The translations under genes and the position numbers were made by a program. Positions 11,700-22,965 of a DNA stretch of 64,000 nucleotides are shown here, piece by piece. The notes beneath the pieces were generated by a model that was not told the DNA's origin, did no database searches, and worked only from the letters and a program-made list of their open reading frames with translations. Origin of the DNA: Octopus bimaculoides (lineage: Eukaryota); assembly GCF_001194135.2 (NCBI RefSeq), contig NC_069001.1, forward strand, positions 23,048,331 through 23,112,330, read 5' to 3'. Position 1 is the first letter of the stretch. Each line of letters begins with the position of its first letter.

Positions 11700-12865
11700 C
11701 TAGCAGAAATACCCAGTGTTGCCCGGGTGAAGAAAATAATAAAATTTTAAAATGCCTTTTAGATCTCTACCACGAAACATAACCTGTGAAGATCTTACCT
11801 CCTAGTTGCAGAGATACCAACTTTATACATTAATAATCCAGCGTTTCCCAGGTTATTGAAAATAATGAAATTCAAGTATGCTTTTTAAATCTCTAAGTAA
11901 AATGAAACATGGATTATGCAGTTCTCAACAGTAATTGGCTGAGGAACAAACTATTAATGTCAATAACATATTCTGTCTGATGTTCTCACTGTTGAAATTG
12001 TTAAAAAACCAAGTGGTTCTTTGTCTTTGCAATCACCTTCAATTGTCAGTACTTATTTGAAACACATTGAAAAGAACCGGCCTGTGAGTGCTCCCCTCCT
12101 GTTAATAAGTACATTTAACAAAAATTCTAACAGATAATGTGAGTATAAACAAATGTATTGAAACAAATCGAGGAATCTATCAGTTTAATTATCTAAAGCT
12201 TCTAAATTTACAATGTTTTGTGTGTGTCCTTTAATTGGTGTATACATGAAAAGATTTTGAGGACTTCCAACTCACAAGCATCCTACACATAATTGTCCAT
12301 GAGAGAAGCAAGGTGAAGTCCTACAAACACGAGAGACTGTCCTTGAGACTTGTTATTGACATAGTGAAACTTAGTTTCACTGGGAACCAGAACTGCTTAT
12401 ATTCAAAGGGGAGGATATATGGGATTAACAGGTTCCGTGGAGTGAAGACATCCTCACCCTTATAGTTCCCAGTCATAATTGTAGCTTCTCAGACATGGGA
12501 TCACATCGTTTTCACCACCAGTCTGGTGCCATTGCACAGACTAGGTGGCTTCAGATTCCTGAACAGCAAGATTAGGGACCTCTTTTTAAGAGTTAAGTAG
12601 TGAGGTAGCATCCCAGATGACTGTAGAGAGTTCAGGAACTCAGTTGGAAAAACTACCACCTGGTCCTGATCAATGACAGTGTCGAGGGATTTGAAAAACT
12701 GTTCTTGTCCAGGCAACAGCTGCAAGAGATCCCAGTTGATTTTGTTGACAGCGTCATTATGTGGAGCTAAGATGGCTCACTCACAGAGCCATTGACTGTT
12801 TTGTGCAATGTTTAGGAGCACATGCATTATGAAATCATTGACAGTTGGTACCATCTCACCACAGG
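11700..12865 (-). mobile_element. Helitron 3' portion: PIF1-like helicase remnant (about 12200-12865), terminal hairpin and CTAG|T end
   Basis: AILAPHNDAVNKIN, FPTEFLNSLQSSGMLPH..LFRNLKPPSLCNGTRLVV, SQGQSL and FSHGQL motifs. Hairpin ACCCGGGCAACACTGGGT (11711-11728) lies 7 nt before CTAG (11703-11700), which is followed by T. Confidence 0.9.
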
Positions 12866-12871
12866 CTTTCT

Positions 12872-13698
12872 GCGCTCCGCCACCAACTTTAGACGACGAT
12901 AACTTTCAGAAAAATGGATATTTTTAAATGAAATTTTCTATGAATGTGTTAGATCATGTAGATTTCGAATATACAAAATTTGGGGAGCAAAATGTTGTAG
13001 GGGTTGGGGAGGATTGTCAGAAAATTCACTGGAGTCCACTTCAATTCGTCCTAACTTTCAGAAAAATGGATATTTTTTAATGAAATTGTCTACAAATACA
13101 CCTCGGGCTGTGTAGCTTCTGAGCACATAGGGAATTTGGGGGAAATCAATTGGGAGTTATTTATCCAAACTGCTCCCTACTGGGGGTGGGGTCTGTTTTA
13201 ATAACATATATCTGTGTATCATATATTTAGCTGTTATTTTTAGCTGTGTTTTCTGGTGAGGGCTTCATTTGCCTTCATTGCTTGTTGCTTCAGTAGAAAT
13301 CTACGGATGCACAAACGCACAAAACAGAGAAAATGTAGCAAATATGGACGACTTGTTCCGAAACACCTTCCAGTGGGGAACAGTTCACAAAAATAACCAC
13401 CGATTGTTTTCCCCCAAAATTCCTATATGCTCGAAACCTACATAGTCCAAGGTATATTTGTAGACAATTTCATTAAAAAAATATCCATTTTCCTGAAAGT
13501 TAAGCGAATTGAAGTGAACTCCGATGAGTTTTCCAAAAATCATCCCCACCGCTCCTAAAATACTTTCCCCCCTGCAAAAAAGAATTTTTATATATTTCTG
13601 ATCTACACGATAAAGCACATATTTGTAGAAAATTTCATTAAAAAATATCGATTTTTCTGAAAGCTATGATCATCCAAAGTCGGGGGTGGGGGTCAGCA
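12872..13698. repeat. Long imperfect inverted repeat (arms about 12872-13172 and 13380-13698), foldback/MITE-like
   Basis: Each arm carries two copies of ACTTTCAGAAAAATGGATATTTTTTAATGAAATT. The arms align as reverse complements around a spacer of about 200 bp. Confidence 0.8.
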
Positions 13699-14179
13699 TA
13701 AATCTGTAGTTATGCCCTGTTGACAACTGATCAATGAAATGAAATCGGTATATGAAACTTTTTTCTTTCTCACACACACACACTCACATAGGTGTATATC
13801 TTACACAAACAGAAAACCGGAGAAGAATATAAAAAATGAAAGTACCTTTAGAAATTCTTTTTTCTGTCAGAAATCGTCACAACTGTAATGATGTATACAT
13901 ACGTGTGTGTGTAAATAGCTGGTTAGGACACCAAAGACAGGAAGTTCAAATGCATGAAGTTGAGAAAACGATTTGAAGAAGTGAATCTTTACACACAGAG
14001 CGATATTATTTATTTTCAATAAAAAAATAATAAATCAAGACCGTATTATTCTTTCCAAGGTCAAAGTATTGATGCTCCCCAAGTATGGTACAGATTGATC
14101 TAGAGGTCTGAGCATGCATTGAGGACACACAGACACACAGAGAGGGTATTTCATATATTAAGTTATATATATTCTTTTT

Positions 14180-14390
14180 ATACTTTTATTCTTTTACTTG
14201 TTTCAGTCATCTGATTGCGGCCATGCTGGAGTCCCACCTTAAAGGCTTTTTTGGGTTGCAGAAATTGACCCCAGGACTTATTTTTTGTAAACCTAGCACT
14301 TACTCTATCAGTGTTTTTTGTCAAACTACTAAGTTAGGATAATGTAAACACACCAACATTAGTTATCAAGCAATGGTTGGGTGGACAAAA
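14180..14390 (-). mobile_element. SINE family B 3' portion
   Basis: TTTTACTTGTTTCAGTCAT..GGCCATGCTGGAG..GACCCCAGGACTTATT (reverse-complemented tail). Confidence 0.75.
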
Positions 14391-14395
14391 ACAGT

Positions 14396-14706
14396 GACGC
14401 CTTACCGGCACATGTGCCAGTGGCACGTGAAAAGCAACATTCGAGCATGGTTGTTGCCAGTGTCGCCAGACTAGCTCTTGTGCAAGTAGCACGTAAAAAC
14501 ACCTTTTTGAACGTGGGTGTGGTCATTGCCAGAATCGCCTGACTGGCCCCCGTGCTGGTGGCACGTAAAAAGCACCCACTACACTCTCGGAGTGGTTGGT
14601 GTTAGGAAGGGCATCCAGCTGTAGAAACTTGGCCAGACCAGATTGAGCCTGGTGCAGCCTCTGGCTCACCAGTTCTCAGTCAAACAGTCCAACCCATGCC
14701 AGCATG
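14396..14706 (+). mobile_element. RTE family A copy lacking its terminal (GAT)n tail
   Basis: Typical body ending at CCAACCCATGCCAGCATG, fused directly to PLE sequence. Confidence 0.8.
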
Positions 14707-15900
14707 TTTATTGAATATCTCATAGTTGGAAGAAAGTACTGAAATTCTTTGCCCTATGTTATTTACTAATGCTTTCTTAATAGAAGGTGGGTGGTTACTC
14801 TTAGCATTAATATATTTCAGGTTTTCGTTAAATTTATGGTAAGGTTGGGTTATACCTGTTATTAAGCTGAAATTTACATCTAAGTAGTTGACATTGCTAT
14901 ATTCGTTATAAATTGTAATACTAAGCCCATTTTTAAAAGAAACTGTATATTTTCTTCTTATATATTTCTAAAGTTCTATTCGTGCTATTTTTTGTTATTA
15001 GCAGGAGGTCATCTCTGTATAATCCACCCTCCAATTTAAAATTTTCTAATTGGAGTTCTGCTAATAAATAAATTCCTACTAGGTCTGTAACCTGAGCAGA
15101 GTTCGGTGCTCCCATAGGGATATCAAAAAAATCCCTGGTATCTTTTCTGGCCCACAATTTATTATTGTACCTAATAAACGATTTTCTCGCCATTTTTACT
15201 ACCTTAACTTTCTCTTTAGTTATTCCCACCTTATTCATAGCATATATTAAGGCCTTATTAAGCACTATTTCGTTAATAGATGAATAATAATCCTCTATGT
15301 CTATTTGGATAAATTTGTAACAACTACTGTCTTTAATATCTTTAAACCATTTTAAAGTATTATTAGTGCTAGTCCAGAGTTTCAGGTAATTTAGGTTATT
15401 TAGTTTATTAATATATTTGTCTAAAATTAACTTACTTAATTTCCCCAAATCCGATTTACTGGGACATATTAGTCTTACTTTAGGGTCCGAGTAGAAATTG
15501 TCTTTATGATCCTTTAAAGTTATTCTAGGGTGCATCGGTACATATGGTTCCGTTTTATTGTTTATCTCATATTTTTCCATGATTAACCTAGTGGCTTTAT
15601 TATTATTATTATAAATGGTATCTTCCTCCTGCTAATAACATTTTTATTTATTTCCATTCCTAAAAGTTTATCATATAATTTTGTATCTAACTTATACAGG
15701 TTGCCAGTTTTATCATATTTATCACGTGATCTTTTAGTATAAATTCTATAGTACAGTCATTTTGGTTTAAACCTACAGTTACTCGCCGGTAGATAAGTCA
15801 TGTTTTCTAATTTTAATTTTATAAACAATATTGACATCCGTCTTTTAGTAACTTTGTACACTAACACATGTTTTTACTATTACCTACTTATTCCATAATG
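14707..15900 (-). pseudogene. Penelope-like retroelement reverse transcriptase, frameshifted and 3'-truncated before any endonuclease
   Basis: ORF 14933-15580: ITLKDHKDNF..PKVRLI.P.KS.LG, IQIDIEDYYSSI, DIPMGAPNSAQV, GGLYRDD. The next frame gives VNYLDVNF...YINAKSNHPPSI. Upstream: DKTGNLYKLD..YDKLL. Confidence 0.9.
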
Positions 15901-16082
15901 TTTTAACCTTGTTTACTATAATACTCTTTTTCAATATTTTTAGATTGTAACTCTTAATAATTATATTAATACCGTTAATGTAGGGATTAGTTTACAGATT
16001 TTGTCTCTTTATATATATATATTTGTATTTCTCGTGTTTATGTTTATTCCTTGAATGATTTTAGGTATTTTCTTAGGGATTT

Positions 16083-16197
16083 GACCTGAAGAGTGACTGA
16101 TTTGGGGAGTAAAATCATTTCCCCGTTCTAATGAACTCGGATAGAATTTGCTTATGATTTCATATGGTCCTATTTCAGCCATGAAACGCGCGAAGTC
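16083..16197 (+). ncRNA. Hammerhead-like motif with an enlarged stem II loop, antisense to the adjacent PLE RT
   Basis: GAC-CUGAAGA-GUGACUGA(about 74 nt)UCAGCCAU-GAA-ACGCGCGA-A-GUC. U16.1 appears replaced by A. Confidence 0.55.
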
Positions 16198-16555
16198 TAT
16201 GTACTAGCACTAACGTTTTACATTTATACTTCTATACTGTATATTATCGTATTAATTTTTACTGTCCAATTTATAAATTTGACTTCTAAATTTTTTAAAA
16301 TTAATATTTCTATGATTTATTTATGAAGTATATTATTTAATTAAAATTTTTAGATTAAAACCTTAGATATATTAAGATGATATATGCCTTACAGCATGGA
16401 TTTGGATGGGTTCTGAGTTGACAGAGTTGTAGAGTGGTGGTTCGTCTTTAAATTAGTTATATACATATATATTATATATTAGGAAACCTGGTGTAATTTT
16501 ATACCGATTTTTGCCTGTAAGATTGGAATAAATTTTTTATTCCCTAATATTATTA

Positions 16556-16617
<62 letters not shown>

Positions 16618-16774
16618 GCAGAGAGAGAGAGTGTGTGAGTGAGTTATGATAGAAGATCTTAATTTAAAAAGAAAATCTTTAAAACTATATGTTCTGTATA
16701 ATAAAACTATGGGGTATTCTTGGTTGGACTGATGTTACATTTGAAAATCGATGCTGAATTTATATATAACAGAT

Positions 16775-17256
16775 TATCATGTGGTAGACAAGATTACTTT
16801 GTGAAATGTAATACTTATTTATTCATACTGTTTTGAATTAATCATGCATTATCTTGTAACATTGAGACTTCAATCATGTAAGTGAATTGTAGGGTAAGTG
16901 TAAGAGGCTGGATGTGGCTAGTTTGAACAGAGCACAGATAGAGTATTTGGGACAGATATGGATCGTTTTAATATGAAAGTGTTAAATGATATTACTATAT
17001 GGTGTGTAGTAATAACAAAATGAGCAGATTTATTAATCCTTTAGAATTCAGATTACTATGTCGAATGTAATGCTTATTCACATTGCTTTGCATTTATCAT
17101 GTATAATCTCGATGCTTTGAGATTTTGATAATATGATTGTTTATCTTTAGAATGACATTGTTGAGTAGGTATGAGAGGTCAGAACTGGCCAGTTTGAACA
17201 TAAAACAGAAAGAATATTGGCGCTGGATATGGCTACATTAAATACTAAAGGGTTAA
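16775..17256 (+). mobile_element. Two tandem copies of a piggyBac-type MITE (about 16775-16985 and 17037-17252)
   Basis: The second copy is bounded by TTAA|TCCTTTAG...CTAAAGGG|TTAA. The first shares the body and ends AAAGTG|TTAA. A reverse fragment is at 48740-48851. Confidence 0.7.
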
Positions 17257-17344
17257 GAGTGAATTGTATTATCTATGGACTCTGTGTATCACAGATAATG
17301 GAATATGAAGGATTACACCTTCAGTCAATGAATCGCATATCTTT

Positions 17345-17720
17345 TCATCATCATCACCGTCATCATCTTCATATTCATTTGTTCTCCATGGTTTGGATAG
17401 TTTGGTAGGAGCTGCCCAGCTCAAGGGATGCCCTGACTTTATATGTTTGTTTTCACTTGGTTTCTACAGATGGATGCCCTTTCTAATGCCAACCACTTTA
17501 CAGAGAGTACTGTGTACTCTTTACATAGCACTGGCATAGGTGAGTCTACATGACACCAGCATGGGCTCTTTTATGAGACACTGACATAGACACTTTTACT
17601 TGGCACTAGCACAGGTGTTATGTGCTACTGGCATGGGTGTTTTTATGTGGCACTGGAATGGCTACTTTTATGTGGCACCAGCACCCATGAGCCTGTAAGA
17701 CTAGGATCTCTCGACTGTAA
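17345..17720 (-). mobile_element. Degenerate RTE family A copy
   Basis: (CAT)n followed by GGATGCCCTTTCTAATGCCAACCAC and TTTTATGTGGCAC repeats. Confidence 0.7.
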
Positions 17721-18129
17721 AAGGTATGTAGAGGACATGCCTGTATGCATGGAGTGCCATGATTTACCATAGCTTGAATATTCTCCATGTTGTAAAATAG
17801 ATTGCTTATATTCAGTATAAGGTAAATAACAGTGAGAAAATTGTGATTAAACTAATCTGTTTGAATCAAAACCCCTTGTGGTATTTATTCTTCCTAGATT
17901 TTACTCTTACTACTGGAAATGTGCTGAACCTAAAATTGGTCTGATGGAAACTCAGTCAAAGTGGATGTAATTCTTTCTTTATTTTTTTCTTTTTACTTAT
18001 CTCAGTCATTTGACTGTGGCCATGCTGGGGCACAACTTTGAAGAATTTTAGTCAAACAAATCATCACTAATTGATGCATTCAACTATGAGGATTCACTCC
18101 AACACTGGTTGTGAAGCAGTGGTGGGGCA

Positions 18130-18771
18130 CAAACACACAGCAGGGAACTATGGGCTTGACTACAGAGGACTCATGAAGGCTTGAAAGAAATGAAGCTAAC
18201 ATGCTCCACCGGATGGATAATACCAATGTGCACACATGAGATAATGTAAATGATTTTAGAGGAAAGCTAGATATAAGAGGCATCAGAGTGCAAGGGAAGA
18301 AGATTGTGTTGGTTGGGTCATGGGATATGCATGGATGGAGACAGTTGCGTAGAGAAGTGCCAGCTCTAATTGTAGAGAATACCTTTGGGAGGGGTAGACT
18401 CAGGAAGATGTGGAATAAAATGGTGAGAAAGAATATTTAAATGCTGGGCCTCACTGTGAAAATGACAAGGGGCCAGGAGTTGTGGTGATTTGCTGTACTT
18501 GAGAAGATGTCTCAAGCAAATTAAAATCATCGTCACCCATACATACAGGCTTGTCCTTTACAGGAGTCAGTGTCGCATAAAATGCACTCGAGCCAGTGCT
18601 GCATAAATGCATCAATACCTGGTGGCACTTAAAAAAATCACTCAGCATACTCGGTAAAGTGGATGGCATTATGAAGGGTATCCAGCTGTAGAAACTCTGA
18701 CAAAACAGACAATTGGAGTTTGGACAGCTCCCCAGTTGGTCAGCACCTATCAAACCGTCCAACCCATGCCA

Positions 18772-18776
<5 letters not shown>
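18130..18776 (+). mobile_element. 5'-truncated RTE LINE (ORF2 C-terminus plus 3' UTR)
   Basis: Plus frames read LTTEDS*RLERNEANML...FRGKLDIRGI and later GRLRKMWNKMVRK...LGLTVKMT, then the family A 3' end. Confidence 0.75.
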
Positions 18777-18835
<59 letters not shown>

Positions 18836-19144
18836 GACAGGCTTCTTTCAGTTTTTGTCTACCAAAACCACTCACAAGGATTTAGTCAGCCAGAAGCTAT
18901 AGTAGAAACCACTTGCCCAAGGTGTCCTGCAGTAGAACGGAACCCAGAAGCATGTGATTTGGAAACAAGCTTCTTACCACTCACCAAGCACTTCTATGCT
19001 TAATGAAGCTAATTCATTATAGTTACATATGGAACAAGAAGAAATTATTATCGGCTGAATTATTGATTTTGGCCTAGAAAAACAAGGAAGACAAACACAT
19101 CATTTTAATAAAAAATAAATGGTGGATATACAATAGAAAGTGGC

Positions 19145-19490
19145 TCTGATCCTTGGCAGTCATCCATCCATCCATTTTCAAAGTGCACTGTTCCAGGGAG
19201 GCCCACAAAAGCAGACTGCTAAGGCACCTCCTCCATAGGGTCCTATCGAAGTAACTTTCATTGCACTTTCCTGCTGGATCTCCAAATATGACCAACTGTG
19301 ACTACAGATATTATTCAACCACCTCCTCCTTGTTCTACCTCATGGTTTCCTGCTGGCTGGCTTGGTTTGGCTTGACTTGAAGAATCTGTCTTACGTTCCT
19401 TTTCTACAACATTCTAACCCCATGTCTGTAGTAACAGGTTTGTGAGCCCCTAATGTGGTGTAACCATACAATCTTATCAGACCTTCTCAG
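19145..19490 (-). mobile_element. 3' end of a second RTE-like LINE family (another copy at about 26170-26410, minus)
   Basis: Minus frame KP*GRTRRRWLNNICSHSWSYLEIQ resembles the RGRP..RW.D.I end of RTE ORF2. Both copies share CCTCCRTAGGGTCCTATC. Confidence 0.55.
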
Positions 19491-20434
19491 CTCAGCTACA
19501 CTCAATTCTTAATTATTTTAGTTAATTAAGAAATATAGGTGATGTCCCTCTTCTATCTTTCTTGATCAGAATTAATTATTAGGTGAATGATTGATTTTTT
19601 TCCCCTTGTAAATTTAATTCACATTTCTTGGCTCATTACAGAAAATTTGTGGACAAATGCTGAACTGTTTGGTTTTCTTATAACAGGCAACCCTGAGTAT
19701 TTCACAGTCATCTCTTAGAATGTTCATGTACTGATTGTCCATGTTTAGTGTGTAGCAACTTTGGCACCCACGCACATAAACATACATGCGCAAGCACACT
19801 TCCATCTTTTTCTCTCCTTCCCTTTCTCTCTCTCTTGCATTTTTTCCCTCGCTTTTCTCTCTCTTTTTCTCTCTTCCTTTCTCTCTTTCTTTCTCTCGTT
19901 CTCATTTTCCTTCTCTCTTTCTCACTGTCTTTATCGCTCTTTCTTTCTCCCCCTCTTTCAAATAGAATACTAAAGGTTTATATTATTTGCAATTGTTTTC
20001 AAGCAATTAAGCTGTCAACAATTTCTTCATGGCATTCTCATGACAATAGATTATTACACTGATAGCCTCTAATCCAGGAGTCATTTTAGACAAAATACAG
20101 CAGATAAATTTCAATTAAGCTCATCATTTGTTTTCACTAATTTTACACCAATTTTCTTTTTCATTTTTTTCACTTTCTCTAATTTCCAGTCATATTTACA
20201 CACCTCGGATGGATTTGAACATACAACAGGCTCGCACTGCATCATCAAACATTTGCATATCTGAAAATCTTGTATGAATGTAGAATGCTGTGAAATAAAA
20301 TTTTTTTTGTTTTTTTTTCTGTCTGCTTCTATGTCACATGACACAGAAGTTGGTGAAAAATAACCACCTGACAGTTAAAGTTTCCTATTAAGGAATTGCA
20401 CATTATGGAATTCATGTTAGATTTCATGTTGGTA

Positions 20435-20590
20435 CAGGTGTCGTTGTATGGTTAAGAAGTTTGCTTTCCAACCACTTGGTGTGGGGTTCAATTCTACTGC
20501 ATGAAACCTTGGGCAAGTGTCCTTCTACAATAGCCCCAGACAGAATAAAGCTTTGTGAGTGGTAGATATAAACTGCGTGGAAGATGTCAT
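20435..20590 (+). mobile_element. SINE family B head and body
   Basis: GGTTAAGAAGTTTGCTTTCCAACCAC..GGGTTCAATTC..CTTGGGCAAGTGTC. Confidence 0.75.
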
Positions 20591-20689
20591 ATATGTATGT
20601 GTACACACACACACACACATATAGGTATATATGTATATATGTATACACACACACACACACATATATATATACATATATGTACATCAGAG

Positions 20690-20851
20690 TGAGCACATAA
20701 ATGAGAAGCAAGGTGGAAAAAATAGTACTCGAATATCAGAGGTAGAGTAATATTCTTTATTAAAAAGCATTCTAAACAAAACTGTTTGACAAACGGGAAT
20801 GTGAAACTCTGAGTAACAGTTTTTGATATTTTTGCTGCTTTTTAATAAAGT
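20690..20851. mobile_element. PLE pLTR-like fragment pair in head-to-head orientation with a U3-A8 hammerhead motif (20778-20823, plus)
   Basis: AAAACUGU-UUGACAA-ACG(GGAA)UGU-GAA-ACUCUGAGU-A-ACAGUUUU. CTTTATTAAAAAGCA and TGCTTTTTAATAAAG form an inverted repeat on either side. Confidence 0.65.
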
Positions 20852-21026
20852 ATATATATATATAGGTATATATATGTATACACAGACACACATTAATACA
20901 CATGTGTATATATATATCTTTCATTTTTTACTCATTTCAGTTATTAGACTGTGGCATTGCCTTGAAGAACTTTTGGTAGAATGAATTGACCCCAGTACTT
21001 ATTCTCTTTTGTAAAGCCTGATACAT

Positions 21027-21201
21027 ACAGTTCTATATTTAAGAGATGAGGAATTATGTACATTATTTACATTAGACGGATATTTCTCCTCATCTTGTTT
21101 GTTGTTAACACAACGTTTCAGCTGATATACCCACCAGCCTTCATCAGGTGTCTTGGGGAAATTTTGAACCTGGGTTCTCATTCCTAAGGTATTTTTCGAT
21201 G

Positions 21202-21253
<52 letters not shown>

Positions 21254-21338
21254 TATTATTGTTCAGGTCACTGCTTGGAATTGAACTCGGAATCTTGGGG
21301 TCAGTAGCCCGTGATCTTAATCACTACGCCATATGCCC
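21027..21338 (-). mobile_element. tRNA-headed SINE-like element carrying a canonical hammerhead ribozyme
   Basis: A-box TGGCGTAGTGA (21331-21321), B-box GAGTTCAATTCC (21288-21277), (AAT)n linker and HHR at 21152-21107. Confidence 0.75.
21107..21152 (-). ncRNA. Minimal type I hammerhead ribozyme with palindromic helix III
   Basis: GACAC-CUGAUGA-A-GGCUG(GUGGGUAUAU)CAGCU-GAA-ACGU-U-GUGUU. All core residues are intact. Confidence 0.8.
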
Positions 21339-22539
21339 ATGGGTATATGGCCTAGTGGCCCATCCCTAAATCTAAAATAAGAATGAGCAAGAAGTTGCTA
21401 TATATATATACATATATATTGTCAATGTATCAGATATACGAAAAAGAAACACACATTAATAATTAATGCGTGTGTGTGTGTGTAATGTATCATCGTCTTT
21501 TTGCCTTGACATTGTGTGCTAGTTATAAACGAATGTCAATGTCATGCCGGCAGTTCCTTTCATTTCCAGTTTCCCATGGAAACATGTCTGGCCATGGTGA
21601 AATGTTATCTTACTTAAGACCATGTGAGGGTTGGTGACAGTAAGAGCATTCATCTGTAGAGAATCCACCTTAACAAAGTCCATCTGACCCATACAATCAT
21701 GGAGAAGAAGTGGATATTAGAACAATGGTGAATAAGGCAACTGAAAAAAAAAACTTCAAACATAAATGATGATGAGGTTGACTGTGGTGGTGATGATGAT
21801 GATGATAATAATGACAGCAATGACAATGATGTTGATGATGGTGATGATGGATCATTTTGAAACATTGTGGGACTAACGAATGCACCAAAGCTGACAGTGA
21901 AACAGGGAGTTATTGAGTTGTCTCCCTTGTGTTTCTGGAGTGAAAATTAATCATTTAAATAATGATTTCCTTTCTCGTTAACAAGGGTATAATTTTGATT
22001 ACTGAAAATTAATTGACTCACTACATCAAGTATGATAGGGTCCACTATAGTATCAGGTTTATATGCAGCAAGCATCTCTGTGCATTTTATCTTCAGACAT
22101 TCTGCTTGGAACAATGAAGTTTTGTCCTTGTTTCAAATTTATTAAAACAAACTTACAAATCCCAACTTTCAAATGTTCATGAACCACTGCCACCGCCAAC
22201 ACCACCAACACCACTATCCCTGCTGCTGCTGTTGCTACTAGTACTACTCTTGTGAAGTACCTGAAACTACTGCAAATAATTATACAAGCCAATGTAGGAG
22301 CCTCTATGTGGTTGCTCAACGTCCTAAAAATAGCAAGCAAATCTCCTTCAAATCATAAATCTCAATATCTCACAAATGAACAGATTGGATGACACAGTGC
22401 AAGGTTCACTGCATTTGATGCAATAAAATCAAATAAATAAAAATGATAAGGTGTGTGGGCGTGAGAGTCACATCTGGAATGTCTTTTGGTGATAAATTCT
22501 GCTTGATCAGCACTGCCCTGATGTTAAACAACGACAAAT

Positions 22540-22965
22540 ATCATCATTGTTATTGTCATTATCAGTATCATTACCATCATCTTCATCATAATCATCATAA
22601 TCATCATCGTCGTCATCATCATTATCATCAGCATCATAATCGTTATCAGCATCATTATCATCATCAACATCATCATCAATGTCATCATCACCATCTTCAA
22701 CATTATCATTTTTCATCATCAGCATCATCATCCTTGCCATCATCACCATCATCATCATACTCATCATAATTGTCATCATTGTCATCATCATACTCATCAT
22801 TGTCGTCGTCGTCCAGCCTCATTTATCATTATCAACATCATTTTCAGCATCGTTGTCATCATCATCATCACTGTCACCACCATCTTCATCACTGTCATTT
22901 TTCATCATCATCATCATCATCATACTCATCATCATCATCTTCATTATCATCATCACAGTCATCAG
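22540..22965. repeat. Long imperfect (CAT)n microsatellite
   Basis: Seen directly; it explains the poly-H/S/I/D ORFs in the track. Confidence 0.95.

Noticed and set aside
21262-21338. Bona fide tRNA gene
   Set aside because: The acceptor stem does not close and it runs into (AAT)n and repeat body; treated as a SINE head. The same applies to the family B, C and D heads.
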